Origin: Octopus sinensis
Lineage: Eukaryota
Reading direction: 5' to 3'
Length of the DNA: 64,000 nt
Assembly: GCF_006345805.1 (NCBI RefSeq)
Contig: NC_043004.1
Span: 1,302,001-1,366,000, forward strand
In this document: positions 1 to 12,232 of the stretch, one piece after another
Position numbering within the stretch: the stretch's first letter is position 1
Layout of the letters: each line of letters starts with the position of its first letter
The notes under the pieces: generated by a model
Database searches by the model: none
The model's input: only the letters and a program-made list of their open reading frames with translations
Told to the model about the DNA's origin: nothing
Position numbers and translations under genes: made by a program

Positions 1-285
1 TACATTATTTACATTTGACAGATATCCGTCATATGGCGTAGTGGTTAAGAGTGTGGGCTACTAACCCCAAGATTTCGAGGTTGATTCCAGGCAGTGACCT
101 GAATAATTATGATGATGATGATAACAATAATAATAATAATAACATCGAAAAATACCTTAGGAATGAGAACCCAGGTTCGAAATTTCCCCAACACACCTGA
201 TGAAGGCTGGAGGGTATATCAGCTGAAAAGTTGTGTTAGCAACAAACAAGATGAGGACAAATATCGTCAAATATAAATAATGTAC
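1..285 (+). mobile_element. tRNA-headed SINE-like element with Penelope-type hammerhead tail, copy 1
   Basis: tRNA-like head 28-98 (A box TGGCGTAGTGG; resembles tRNA-Ile AAT), (GAT/AAT)n spacer, tail with CTGATGA..GAAA; 1-25 is an inverted copy of the 3' end (261-284). Confidence 0.75.
193..237 (+). ncRNA. Degenerate minimal type I hammerhead ribozyme
   Basis: acac-CTGATGA-A-GGCTG-loop-CAGCT-GAAA-AGTT-gtgt; two substitutions at CpG positions relative to the copy at 22364. Confidence 0.55.
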
Positions 286-292
286 CCTTTGT

Positions 293-441
293 ACACTCTG
301 TAAAGTGGTTGGCATTAGGAAGGGCTTCCAGTCAGAGAAACCATGCCAAAACAGACAATTGGAACCTGGTGTAGCTCTTCAGCCATGCCAGCTCCTGTCA
401 AACTGTTCAACCCATGCCAGCATGGAAAATGGACATTAAAT
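293..441 (+). mobile_element. RTE-type LINE 3' UTR fragment
   Basis: gtggttggcattaggaagggc...aacccatgccagcatggaaaatggacattaaatg, shared with many local copies. Confidence 0.7.
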
Positions 442-729
442 GCTTCTGGTAACAGTAGTAATATTTTGATTTTTACAGATTTGGCAGAACAGGGAATCTA
501 TTTTCAATTAATTTAGTTGGTCAAATGTAAGGAACGAGACACGGACAACAGCTCTGAGGTAAGTTATACTGCTATTGAAATTGTGAAGCTACAAATCTAA
601 GTACAGCCATTATGGTGTACTCTAGTAAAGTGCATATCACTACTTATTCTAGCTTGAAAAAAATAAAGGAACTTGCCCAATGAAGCAAGAATGGAACAAT
701 AAGCATGAAACAAAAAAAAATATTAAGAA

Positions 730-902
730 CATCATCATCATCGTTTAATGTCCGCTTTCCAGGCTAGCATGGGTTGGACGATTTCACTGAGGTCTGGCGA
801 ACCAGATGGCTGCACCAGACTCCAATCTGATTTGGCAGAGTTTCTACAGCTGGATGCCCTTCCTAACGCCAACCACTCCGAGAGTGTAGTGGGTGCTTTT
901 AC
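730..902 (-). mobile_element. RTE-type LINE 3' UTR fragment with (GAT)n tail
   Basis: (cat)n cgtttaatgtccgctttcc...gatgcccttcctaacgccaaccactc. Confidence 0.75.
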
Positions 903-1110
903 AATTGTAAAATGTGAACCACTGATCCTTTAGTTAAACTTGGCTATCTGTGTCCGACCCCTGTCTTTAAAATTCAGAGAAGTATTCCACTATTCTGAGA
1001 GTGAGGTGCTGTTGTTTAGCCCCAAGTGAAATCATTATATAAATCTAGGATCAAATACTTTCAGCCAGTTACCTTAGTAACTGAATCTATTTTTTTTTCC
1101 CTTTGTTTAA

Positions 1111-1332
1111 CCCTCTCATTACTAACCCAACTGAAACCGGCTCTGGCACTGTAGTACAAATGTGTTGTTTTCATAAATTTTGAATTAAAATCTTCCACCA
1201 AACCTTAGTTACAATTTATATTCCTAACACTAGCTTAATTATAACCACATTATTTTACTATATTTTTTGTTATATTTAAAATTAATTGAAAGAAACACAG
1301 AGCATCTCAACGGAAATATGGTAACGAAAGGG
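1111..1332. mobile_element. TTAA-flanked MITE (piggyBac-like termini)
   Basis: ttaa|CCCTCTCATTAC ... GTAACGAAAGGG|ttaa. Confidence 0.7.
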
Positions 1333-2657
1333 TTAAAACAGAAGGGTGTAATTGGAAGGATATTTAGCTCCTACTTCTAACAGAGAGGCAATGATGTAGA
1401 GGTGCTCTTTAAATGTCAGCTGAGGCTTTTAGTTGTCATCCAAATCTTCAGTTTCTGGGTAAATATAAGGATCAAATGAGGACTACATCAAGGAGGTTGC
1501 TAAAAATCCTGTCTTTTATCAATCAAAGAACAATGAAATAAAATCCAACCAATCAGGTAACGGTGTTGACTAAACCAATCATGGCCATCCCATACAAATA
1601 TGTGGCCATTTTAACAATGTTAGACACTATTCATATTATCATCATCATCATCATTCATAGCTGCTGTTGTATACAGCTGTTTCCTCGTGTATGTACAGAT
1701 TTGTGTGTGTGTGTGTGTGTGCTGTTGTCCATTGGTACAAGTTGTTTTTTTTCTTTTTTTGGCCAGCATAAATTGAAACATTTCTTGCCAAGCATGAGGA
1801 GATATTTACAGTAAGAAATGTTAAACTGCAGAAGATCATAAAAATGATCTTGGAAAAAATAAAAACAATATAAAAGAACATAATGATGGTTGAAAAGCGA
1901 TACTTATAGCATTTTCACTTTTGGCTGTTAAAGATGGCATGTGTGTGTCGGTGGGGGAGGGGAGAAAGTAGAGGTTGGCTGAAATGTTGTGATACAATCT
2001 GTCTGCAAACTTTGTTTAACTCACGAAAAACAGCGGGTGAAGTCTTGTGGCGTCTTACTTCTAGCAAACATCATCCATCATCTACCTCTGTATATCAAGT
2101 GACATATTCAGTAAGTGCCATGACAAGTGTGGTGCCTTGCTCTCCTCTCTTGCATCCAGCCAGACATTTTATACTTTGACCTTGCATCTTTCTCACCTCA
2201 CTCACCCCTCTCTCTCTTGCTCTCTCTATCTGTCTGTCTATCTCTTGTTCTATCTCTCTATGTTTCAAGCAATATCTTTATCTCAATGTTTGCAACTTTC
2301 TCTTCCGTTCAGTTGCATCACTCTTCCAAATTTCGATATGAAATATGTTCCCTCCTGTCACCTTTACCCATCCATCCCAACACCCCCTTAACTACAGCAA
2401 TGTAAACACTTAAAAAGAATTCTGTTCCAGTTGACTAACTCCTGATTGTCAGCCATCTCCACTACATTCACTGATTCATTGACCCTTAAAGTCAACACCA
2501 GACCGACCAAGACCGGTCAGTTGTTTTACTAATCCACTATCACCTTCAGAAAAAGCCTGTCATAAATATTTTTTTCTATCTATCTGCCAACTACTGCTGA
2601 ATATAATCTTCCATTTTCGGTTTTCTTATATGAAATGGAATTTTCCCATTGCCTGAA

Positions 2658-2905
2658 TCATCATCATCATCGTAATTTAATGTCCATTTTCCATGCTGGC
2701 ATGGGTTGGCCAATTTCACAGGAGCTGGCAAGCTGAAGGGCTGCACAAGGTTCCAGCTGTCTGGTTTGGTATGGTTTTTACAGCTGGATACCCTTCTTAA
2801 CACCAACCACTTTACAAAGTGTACTGGGCGCTTTTTATGTGGTGCCATGCTGGCACAGGTGCACTTTATGTGGTGCTGGCATGGGGTGCTTTGTACACAG
2901 TGCCG
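2658..2905 (-). mobile_element. RTE-type LINE 3' UTR fragment
   Basis: Same family, (GAT)n tail at 2658-2671. Confidence 0.7.
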
Positions 2906-3309
2906 GTAGGGGTCAGCACTGACTCAGATGCCTCAAAAATATTCAAATTAGAATGGTTCAGCATTGCACTAAAATATTCGCCAGTAAGTTTTGTCGGTCA
3001 TTTGAACAGAAATTCCACCAAACTGATTTCACCTATGGCTTTGGCGAGGTTGATAAAACAGACTGTTAAAGATTCTTCTTGATTTCAAATACAAATCCTG
3101 CTAGAGTCAGCTTTACTGGTTGGTCATATCAGTGATGACAGAATAAAGTACCTTCACTTTCACAGTTTAAGCACAACACCTCAGACTCACACAAACACAC
3201 ACACATCATACATGAATCAAAACAAATCCTTAGAATGTAGCATTCTTCATTATAATAATGGTGATTGTGGGTCAACCACAGTTACAAACTGATTTCATTT
3301 CCTTGACAA

Positions 3310-3510
3310 TGCTGGTGCCATGTGAAAAGCAGCCAGTACTTTATAAAGTAGGAAGGGTATCTAACCATATAATCTATGCCAAAACAGCCTCACCATTTTG
3401 GTGCCATGTAAAAAGCACATAATTCACTCTGTAAAGTGGTTGGTGTTGGGGGGGGGGGCGTCCAACTGTAAAATTAAAGCTAAAACAAACAGGAAGTTGG
3501 TGCAGTTGTA
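3310..3510 (+). mobile_element. Two partial RTE 3' UTR fragments
   Basis: ggtgccatgtaaaaagcac..ctgtaaagtggttgg motif twice. Confidence 0.55.
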
Positions 3511-4166
3511 TCAAGATGAATTCTGGCGTATGGATGCAGTCAGAACATTGGTCCCTTCCTCCTGCTGGCCATGGCTTCTTAATCTCTGTTGCAGCTGCCC
3601 ATGACATTTCTTACAGCCATAACAATGCTCACAGAGCATTGAACAGCAGTCATGGTGTTGGCACTTTAATACCCATTGCAGAACATCACGATACAAGAAA
3701 CTCTTTTCCAATATTCAGATGACATCCAGTCCTCCATGTCAGCTAAATTCTTCACAAGAACAAAATTAACCTTTATGCTCTCCAATGCCGTAGATTGTTC
3801 ACTCACACATCAAACTATTCCTGGAAAAGGAGTGCTCAACTTGGCTAATTATCAATCCAAGATTACTTTAATTAAATGATAGTTACATTACTGGTTGGAA
3901 TTTCCAAGTTAACTCATCACATCAACAATTAATTAAGGTAATCTCAGCCTGATGATTAATCAAGTCGAGCACCCCTTGTTGAGTAAATACTATGAGAGAA
4001 GAGCAGCCAGCTAAGAAACATATGAAGCCTGTATTTTACCCGTTCCACTCCTTCAATTTGTATTTATATATTGATGTATAGATTGTATATATGTATATAC
4101 AGAAAGAGAGAGAGAGAGACAGAGGAATACAGTGAAATAATTTCTGAGAATCTTTGGATTACTTAC

Positions 4167-4269
4167 CACTTTTTTATTGCGAACCATATTGAAGTAGAAC
4201 TCATCAGGATTGCGGTTCAGTGCTTTCACCTTCAGTGACTTTATAACTGCTTTCCTTCTCTGATCCTCA
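4167..4269 (-). CDS. UTP11: UTP11 coding exon 3 (103 nt)
   Basis: tttag| T + EDQRRKAVIKSLKVKALNRNPDEFYFNMVRNKKV |gtaagt; KA..+NPDEFYF.M is the Utp11 signature. No further exon found in 1-4166, so the gene continues beyond the window. Confidence 0.93.
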
Positions 4270-4562
4270 CTAAAAGTATAAATGAAATTCAGCATTTAAT
4301 TTGCTTAAAGTTACTTTAATTATCTCTAACCATCTCTCTTTACATACAAATAAGTCTGAAATAAGAACAGGGTTGATATGATTGATTAAAATACTTGAAG
4401 GTGGATCCCCAATATGGCTGTAGTTCAATGAACAAAACCAAAAAGCACTAAAGAATATCACAAGAAAAATTACTTTGATTCACTAATTCTGGTCAGTTGG
4501 CTTTGACTGTTCTCAGGTACCATCATCAGAATTCATAAATTTGAGGTACATCACAAATCAAC

Positions 4563-4700
4563 ATCAACAAGAGCATTCAGAGAGTGCAAACATCCGCTAA
4601 GGCAACACTAACATCCTCTCAACGATTAGCCAGAGATGATTTTTAAAATGAGAATATCTGAAATAATCTCAACTGCTCTCAAAAATGAGAATACTAAAGA
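4563..4700 (+). mobile_element. Possible Helentron/HINE-like non-autonomous element end
   Basis: Begins aacaagagc and contains a c(a)tccgc(t)aagg motif reminiscent of HINE termini; single copy here. Confidence 0.3.
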
Positions 4701-4992
4701 TCACCATTGATCATAATCTTCTTTCTTGATTAACAAATCTCGTTCTTTCCCTATTAGCTTCAGCCTATTTGTTCATCATACAACCCCCTCTCTCTGTCTG
4801 TCCGTCTCTCTCTCATACAAACTTTCACCACCCCCTTTCCAGTGTCAGATATTTTACACCACAGGAAGCTGTCATTATCATACTAAAATAAAATCAAGAA
4901 CAACACTGCAATACCACAATAAAATCAGCCAACCCTCTGCACACATCACACATACACTATACAATAACCACTCAATAAAATAATACAATGCA

Positions 4993-5096
4993 TCAGACTG
5001 GAGCCTGGTGCAGCCTCCTGGCTTCCAAGACCCCAGTTGAACTGTCTGACCCATGCCAGCATGGAAAACGGATGTTAGACGATGATGATGATGATG
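4993..5096 (+). mobile_element. RTE-type LINE 3' end
   Basis: ggagcctggtgcagcc...catggaaaacggatgttagac(gat)n. Confidence 0.7.
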
Positions 5097-5499
5097 AACT
5101 AATAACTCTCATTTTATGTGACTGGGACCCCCATAAAACAATATGATACACGTTCCTACATAACTAAGACCTGACAGTGTATTACCCACAACTCATATTT
5201 TATACAGCCAAAACTGATGTGGGGTTGCACTCAATGAGGCACATAAGCTAACATGAAACTGTATAACCAAGCAGCTGAAATTGAAGACACTCTAACTGAC
5301 CCTTAATCATTGAGCTAACAAATATGCCATCTAGATATGAACTGGATAAGGCAGTATAGTTTGATTTAGTTCACTTTGGCATGCCTAAGAATGTTTGCAA
5401 AGCTTTATGAACCTTGTCTCGCCTATTGAACATTTCTAAACAATCCCAGTAAGTATACAAAATGTTATTCCATCCCCCACAAAGTACTCAAGAGTAAGA

Positions 5500-5852
5500 A
5501 TGGAACTTACACTTGTCTCCTTATGAGAGCTCAAAATCTCTCGTGGAAGCGTCATCCAACCAAAGTACAAATATATGGGAAATTACCACCTGTATCATCT
5601 CTTGTGAAAGGTAGTACAGTCCAGTTTGCTGGACATTGCTGTAGAGCTGAAAACGAGGCAATTTCTACTCTTCTCCTCTGGAAGCCATCTGCTCGCGATA
5701 CCAGAGGGCGCACACTCTCCTACCCTGATGTAATCTCCAGGGATACAGGCATCCAGCAACAGGACCTCCATAATGCTATGATGGACTGTGAAGTCTGGTG
5801 TAACATAGTAAATTCCATTATCTCGACCACGGTCGAACATTGATGATGATGA
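5500..5852 (+). mobile_element. RTE/RTE-X-like LINE 3' terminal fragment (second family)
   Basis: GTYT.LLMRAQNLSWKRHPT..QFAGHC.RA..LLLW.P..AMMD.EVW C-terminal motifs, stop, immediate (GAT)n tail. Confidence 0.75.
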
Positions 5853-6454
5853 GGAGTAAGAAATTCTCAAGAACTGCTTGCAAAACTGCTTAAAGGATAC
5901 GGACAAAATATACAGGGTCATTCAGATCATATCTAGATAGACTATTTGTAAGGTCAATGGACAGGGATAGTAGAAGGTATTCACACTTTTGGTTCAGTTA
6001 TTTCAAGATTGGCAGTCAGACTAGATGGCCACCTATTAGAGCAATCATGAATCACTTGCCCAGTTTGTACATTTTGGTTCTTAAGTCATTGTTTCATAAG
6101 TTGGAATTGCTGAGGAGCACCTCAAAGATTTCCCCCAAAACATTAACAATTACGGGATCTCTCATTTAAGAAAATCTAAAGAAATAACCTGCTTCTTGGG
6201 AATCTCTGTGGAATTACCTGTTCAAAAGTAAAAGGATAAATACAATGGCAAATTCTTCAACTAGAAATGGTGGAAAATGCTTCGATACTCAATGCATTTT
6301 TACTAAATATGTAAAATGTGACAAGAATTATGCAGACAATACCATCTGTATATTATGATTACACATCAAAGGCACAGGAAGGTTACAGCCTTGTCTGTAA
6401 AAAGGTATCTCAACCAATCATAGAATACAGAACTTAGCATTTCAGCAGATATGT

Positions 6455-6868
6455 CATCATCATCATCATCGTTTAACGTCCGTTTTCCATGCTAGCATGG
6501 GTTGGATGGTTCGACCAGGGTCTGGGAAGCCAGGAGGCTGCACCAGGCTCCAGTCTGATCTGGCAGTATTTCTACAGCTGGATGCCCTTCCTAACGCCAA
6601 CTACTCCGTGAGTGTAGTGGTTGCTTTTTATGTGCCACTGGCACAGGGGCCAGAGGAGGCTGGCAAATGGCCACAATCAGTTGGTGCTTTTATGTGTCAC
6701 CGACATGGATGCCAATCAAGTGGCGCTGGCATCTGTCATGTTCGGATGGTGCTTTTTATGTGTCTCCAGCATGGGTATCTTAACCACAATTTCCATTTGA
6801 TTTTTATTTTGATGTTGGTGTTGACGCACTTGACTCAATAGGTCTCCTCAAGAACAGCGGGTCACCCT
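6455..6868 (-). mobile_element. RTE-type LINE 3' end (ORF C-terminus + 3' UTR)
   Basis: (GAT)n tail at 6455, repeated ggcac(a/g)taaaaagcac units, AVLEET-like C-terminus near 6845-6865. Confidence 0.75.
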
Positions 6869-7496
6869 ACTGTTCTTGAGTAGACCTATTGAGTCAAGTA
6901 CGTCAACACATTTGATAGAAACTATAGTAAGTTATGAGTTAATACAGCGATGGTTAGAAGTCTACAACCACAGACTAGCAAACACCACAAACTTCTGAAT
7001 TGTACATGGTTCATTATATGATTTGAATATCACAGGCTCTGTTCACAACCCACCACCCACATTTGCATCACTCAGCATCTCTGCACCATGTCATAAAGTT
7101 TTTGGTATCATTTCAAATTTATTGTTTCTTGAAAATTTCAAAGTTCGACCTTGGAAGATATCAAAAATAAAGTATTTAACCAATACATACACATACATAT
7201 ATAATTTAGTATTTTCCAAAGTTTTTTTATTATATATATATATATATATATAGATAGATATATCCTGCTGTCTCCCACTCTTTCTCTCCTCCTGCTCTTC
7301 CCTCAGGTTGGGTAACCATGTATCTCCCATACAGCAGCAACTTGTTTCTGTCCTCATTTTTGATCTCTCTCTCTCTCTAGCCAGGTAACCTTGTACCTCC
7401 TCTATAGCATGACACCTGTTTCTGTCTCTCTGTCTCATTACAATCTTTCATTATCCAACACAAGATCCCCTCCTCTCAAAAAATTTCTGTCTTGCA

Positions 7497-8193
7497 GGTT
7501 ACTTGGTGACCCTGCCAGTGCTTGTGTTACTTAAAAAGCATCCAGTCCACACTGTAAAGTGGTTGGCATTCGGAAGGGCATCCAGCTGTATAAACCTTGC
7601 CAAAACTGACCTCACCTCTACTTATACCATGCAAAAAGCACTCAGTCCACTCTGCTGGTTGCTGTAAAAATCCTGCCAAAACAGATACAGAAGTCTGGTA
7701 CAGGCTTCTGCCTGGCCGGCCCCTGTCAAACCATACCACCACAGAAGGCAGATCGTGCCAGTGGCACATAAAAGACACCATTTGAGTGTGATCGTTACCA
7801 GCATTGCCTTACTGGCACTTGTGCCCCGTGCTAGTAGGGTGCTAAGAGCACCATCTGAGCGTGATCTTTGCCAGAGCGTCTAACAGACTTCCGTGCCGGT
7901 GGCACGTAAAAAGCACCATTCAAGCGTGAGTGTTACCAGTGTCGCCTTACTGGCACATGTAAAAACATTTGAGCGAGGTCATTGCCAGTACTGCGTGACT
8001 GGCCCCTGTGCCGGTGGCACGTAAAAAGCACCCACTACACTCTCAGAGTGGTTGGCGTTAGGAAGGGCATCCAGCTGTAGAAATTCTGCCAGATCAAGAT
8101 TAGAGCCTGGTGCAGCCATCTGGTTTGCCAGCCCTCAGTCAAATCGTCCAACCCATGCTAGTATGAAAAGTGGACGTTAAACGATGATGATGA

Positions 8194-8196
<3 letters not shown>
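7497..8196 (+). mobile_element. Nested RTE 3' UTR fragments with ~65-bp tandem subunits
   Basis: Older copy 7497-7730, then four to five gtgcc-ggt-ggcac-gtaaaaagcacc units (7756-8032) and the standard 3' end with (GAT)n. Confidence 0.75.
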
Positions 8197-8246
<50 letters not shown>

Positions 8247-9489
8247 TATATAGTCTGTTATATATTAGTTGCATATCATACTTAAAGATGTCAGCTTTTT
8301 GAAGAATTATATCAGAAAATCAGATATCATTCGGTTGAGAAAGTTTTTGACAGAAACAAGTGATGATACTGAGGTTAGATCTCAGGATGTTAGGCCTCAC
8401 AGCAGAGATGATGCAAAATGAAAATGATTAACAATATGTTGTAAAGCAGATGCAAGAATAGGAGAATGGACACTAAAAATGCTGTTGATTGTTAATGAGT
8501 AAACTTTCTGAGATCATGAGTCAAAACTTCAAATAACCCTGAGTAGAATTACTTCACAGACTATTCTATCAATGTATATTGAAAACATCAGTTCTTTATC
8601 CATTGATATTTCTATCACAAAGACACCAAAACATCAATAAGGCCTATATGTATGTACTGTGTGAAAGAAGACTTCTAAAACACCTCACAATGGAGATTCT
8701 GGCAAATTAATCTGGCCCCAAATATAAATGGTAGACATGAGAAGAAAACACAACTATGATGTTGTAACTACTTCACCCAAACTGTACATAACAAGTTAAA
8801 ACACTCTACAATATTTAACAATCACTCATGCTAATATTATATTCTGATCATGGAAAAAATTTCACTGTAAAAGTTGGAATATTTCAATTCTAACAAAAAA
8901 AACAAAAAAACTACAATACGGAAGCATGATAAAGTGCTAAATTACAAGCTTGTAGGCTGTGAGTTCAAATTCATGACAGGGATTTTCTAGGTTTTCTAGG
9001 TAGAGTACTTTATTCTTATTACAGAACTGGAGGTTCCTACGGGACAGCTTATTGAGGGCTACAGACCAAATTTGTGACTAGTGCGAAGTCCTATCTTAAG
9101 TAAAATGGTAGTGGAACAGAGAAGGAGACAGGGCCATAAGAACAAAGAAATAGGCCTGGAAGCTCTAGAAGAGTAGGGGTGACTGTAGGAGAGAAGAGTT
9201 TTCATGTGAATAGCAGTACACATGCACTTAGTGACACTAAAAAGAAAGAGGCATGGAAGTGCCACTATATAAAGCTGCTAAATGTGGAGAATCTTCCTCA
9301 GAGCCTTCCTAATGGGGACCCAACAGAGGGACCAGCTATTTGAGTTGACAGCAACATCATACATATGATAGATGAATTATGAAGACGGGGAAAGCACCTG
9401 GCCCGTAAAAAAATTACTGCGTAAAATATCTGAGAGAATGGGATATGGCAGAGTCAACTGTATTATCAGTCAAGCTGTCCAGGAAGCGA

Positions 9490-10022
9490 AAAAAAATTTT
9501 TTCCCACGAGAGTTCCGGACCCCAGTAATGAACTCATTTGCATACAGTCAATCAGAGCTCACTTTGACCTTATTGTCAAATTAACAAACACACACTTCCA
9601 AGTAAACTCAAGATCAAGAGATCGCCAAGTTATGCCTGATTTTAGAAGGAGACAAGTAATTAGATAGAATCGTATCTCTACCTATTATCGGATTTTGTTA
9701 GGGCCCCATATGGTAAAGATGTGGATGGGAAAAATGTGGGTAGAAGGTGATGTGCTAGCGGCCCTCTCTCCTTACTGTTTTACAAAATAAACAACAACAC
9801 AAATAACTACGCAGAGGCAGCCATGGTTGGAACAAGAACAAGAACAACGAGCATTCTTAAGAGAAAAGAAGCGTGGTCATTCTGTAACCCAAGTGACCTT
9901 ATCTTATCGCCCATCACTTCTTATGAACCCATAAGTTAGTTTGATAGTTGAGCTCTAATTGGCTGTATGCAAATGAGTACATAACTGAGGTCCAGAACTC
10001 TTGTGGGAAAAAAAAAAAATTC
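9490..10022. mobile_element. Fold-back/MITE-like element with ~65-bp inverted arms
   Basis: ttcccacgagagttccggaccccagtaatgaactcatttgcatacagtcaatcagagctca (9501-9561) is the imperfect reverse complement of 9949-10010. Confidence 0.6.
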
Positions 10023-10084
10023 ATGTCTAGAAAGGGGTCATACTCAACAACTGGTGTAGTTGCATTATAGTTGACCACCACAAA

Positions 10085-10805
10085 GGTAAAGGAGATGTTG
10101 GAACCAGGTCATGAAAGTTACAGAAAGGATCACAGTTCCACTAATTAGGAAGAGAATTAACCGAGATAAAATGCAGTTTGGTTTAGTGCTGAGGAGGAGT
10201 GCAACTGATACCATTTTCCTACTACAGAAACTGCAGGAGAAACATTAAGCAAAAAATAAACTACTGCCATATTTGGTATTTGTCAACATGAAGAAAGCCT
10301 TTGACAGGTCTCTCGCTCCTCCATCTGGTGGTCAATGTTGGGGGTAGCTGAGTGGATGGTGAGAGCCACCCAGGTCATGTATAGGGATGCTGTCAGTAGT
10401 GAGCATAGCAATGAATTTAGTGTGCAGAAAGGAGTTCACCAAGGACTGGTTTCCAGACACCTCTTCTTTATTATAGTCCTCCACTCATAACAGAAGTTAA
10501 AACTGGTTGCTTATGGGAGCTCGTCTACGCCGATGACCTTGTTTTCTTATAAATCTCTAATAGAATTTGAGAAGAAATTTCATGTGTGGAAGCAAGGTCT
10601 GAAATCAAAGGGCTTTAGAGTTAATTTTGCAAAGAGCAAAGTACTCTTCAGCAGAAAAGTAAACAATCTAGAAATCACTTCAAGGAAATTGTTTTGCTCA
10701 ACATGTAGAAAAGGTAGAGATTTCAAATGGTGTAACCAGTGCCAGTGGAGTCACATGAAGGTTGACAGAGAAAGTAGTTTTTGCATGTGGCTTATGTGCA
10801 GGAAC
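10085..10805 (+). mobile_element. Degenerate RTE LINE reverse transcriptase fragment
   Basis: MQFG..RSATD.IF..LQEK, FVNMKKAFDR, GVHQG, ELVYADDL, KGFRVNFAKSK and Cys-rich C-terminal motifs across frameshifts. Confidence 0.85.
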
Positions 10806-10826
10806 AAACAATTAACACTCAGAGCA

Positions 10827-11090
10827 CATCATCATCATTATCACTTAACGTCTGCTCTCCATGCTGGCATGGGTTAGACAGTTTGACTGGAACTGGAAAG
10901 CTAGAGAGCTGTACCAAGTTCCAGTCTGATTTGGCATGGTTTCTACAGCTGGATGCCCTTCCTAACACCAAGCGCTCTGAGTATAATGGATGCTTTTTAC
11001 GACACCGGCATGGGTGCCATTTACATAACACCGGCAATGTCCATGACTACAATTCCATGGGTGTCATTTACATGACCACTGGCAACAACC
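10827..11090 (-). mobile_element. RTE-type LINE 3' UTR fragment
   Basis: Same 3' UTR family. Confidence 0.7.
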
Positions 11091-11671
11091 ACGGGGTTCC
11101 ATTTTGGTAATAGACAGTCTCTCTGACTTTGGTGACCAAATTAGCAGTGGAGGAGGATGCTCTGAAAGCTGCACAAATCGGAACCAGCAAAGTTGAGGGA
11201 GCTACTATAGGTCCATGTCCCACCATACAATCTGTCCCTGACAAATCTTTCTCTCTACATCTCATCTTCCTAACCCTCCCCACTGCATTCCCCTCGTCTA
11301 TCTCTCACTCTCCCTTGTGAACCCACCTGTATACTATATGTCCCTACCAAATCCATTCCCCACAAAACATCCTCCAAATACCTCCTCTCTCTACTTGTAC
11401 CCAATCACTACTTTACATCACTCCATCTCCCACTTGCCTTTTGCAATCTCACAAATGTACCCACCCACACACTCTGTCCACTTCCCTATATACACTTCCT
11501 TGTAACTTGGGTGTACACCTTCACTGTCATATCTGTCTGTCTCTCTCTCTCTTCATCTGGGGCAGCCATGTATCTTCTCCACTGCAAAACACCTACTTCT
11601 GTCCCTCTATTCACACTCTAACTTCTCAATCACCAGGTGCAAAGCCCCCTCCCTCAATTTCTCATGTATAT

Positions 11672-12232
11672 GTGCAGGAGTGGCTGTGTGGTAAATATCT
11701 TGCTTACCAACCGCAAGGTCCCAGGTTCCATTCCACTGTGTGGTACCAGGCAAGTGTCTCCTACTATAGCTTTGGGCTGCCCAAAGCCTTGAGAGTACAA
11801 ACTGAAAGAAGCCCATTGTATATATATATATCATCATCATCATTTAGCGTCCGTTTTCCATGCTAGCATGGGTTGGATGGTTTAACTGGGGTCTGTGAAG
11901 CCGGAAGGCTTCATCAGGCCCAGTCAGATTTGGCAGTGTTTCTACGGCTGGATGCCCTTCCTAACGCCAACCACTCCGTGAGTGTAGGGGGTGCTTTTTA
12001 CGTGCCACCTGCACAGCGTGCCACATATATATATGTGTGTTTGTCCCCCGACTATCACTTGACAATCAATACCGGTGTGTTTACATTCCCTTAACTTAAC
12101 GGTTCAGCAAAAGAGACCGATAGGATAAGTACTAGGCTTACAAAGAATAAGTCTTGTGGTCAACTTGTTCAACTAAAGGCATTGCTCCAGCAAGGCTGCA
12201 GTCAAATGACTGAAACAAATAAAAGAATAAAA
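11672..12232 (+). mobile_element. tRNA-derived CORE-like SINE interrupted by an RTE 3' end (11831-12023, minus)
   Basis: gcaggagtggctgtgtggtaa..ggcaagtgtc..gaaagaagccc (TA)n ... gactgaaacaaataaaaga; the RTE piece sits in the internal (TA)n. Confidence 0.8.

Noticed and set aside
28-98. Functional tRNA gene
   Set aside because: Degenerate B box and acceptor stem; attached to a repeated tail, so a SINE head.
479-558. Plus-strand exon (ttttacag ... gag|gtaagt)
   Set aside because: Stops in all three frames, antisense to UTP11, no partner exons seen.
7893-7960. Pistol ribozyme (GCACG-TAAAAA..AGCG resemblance)
   Set aside because: No P2 strand between the A-rich linker and the pseudoknot strand and no matching GU cleavage context; kept only as a generic pseudoknot candidate.
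8300-8900. Possible piggyBac transposase relic
   Set aside because: Only faint motif resemblance; too decayed to support.
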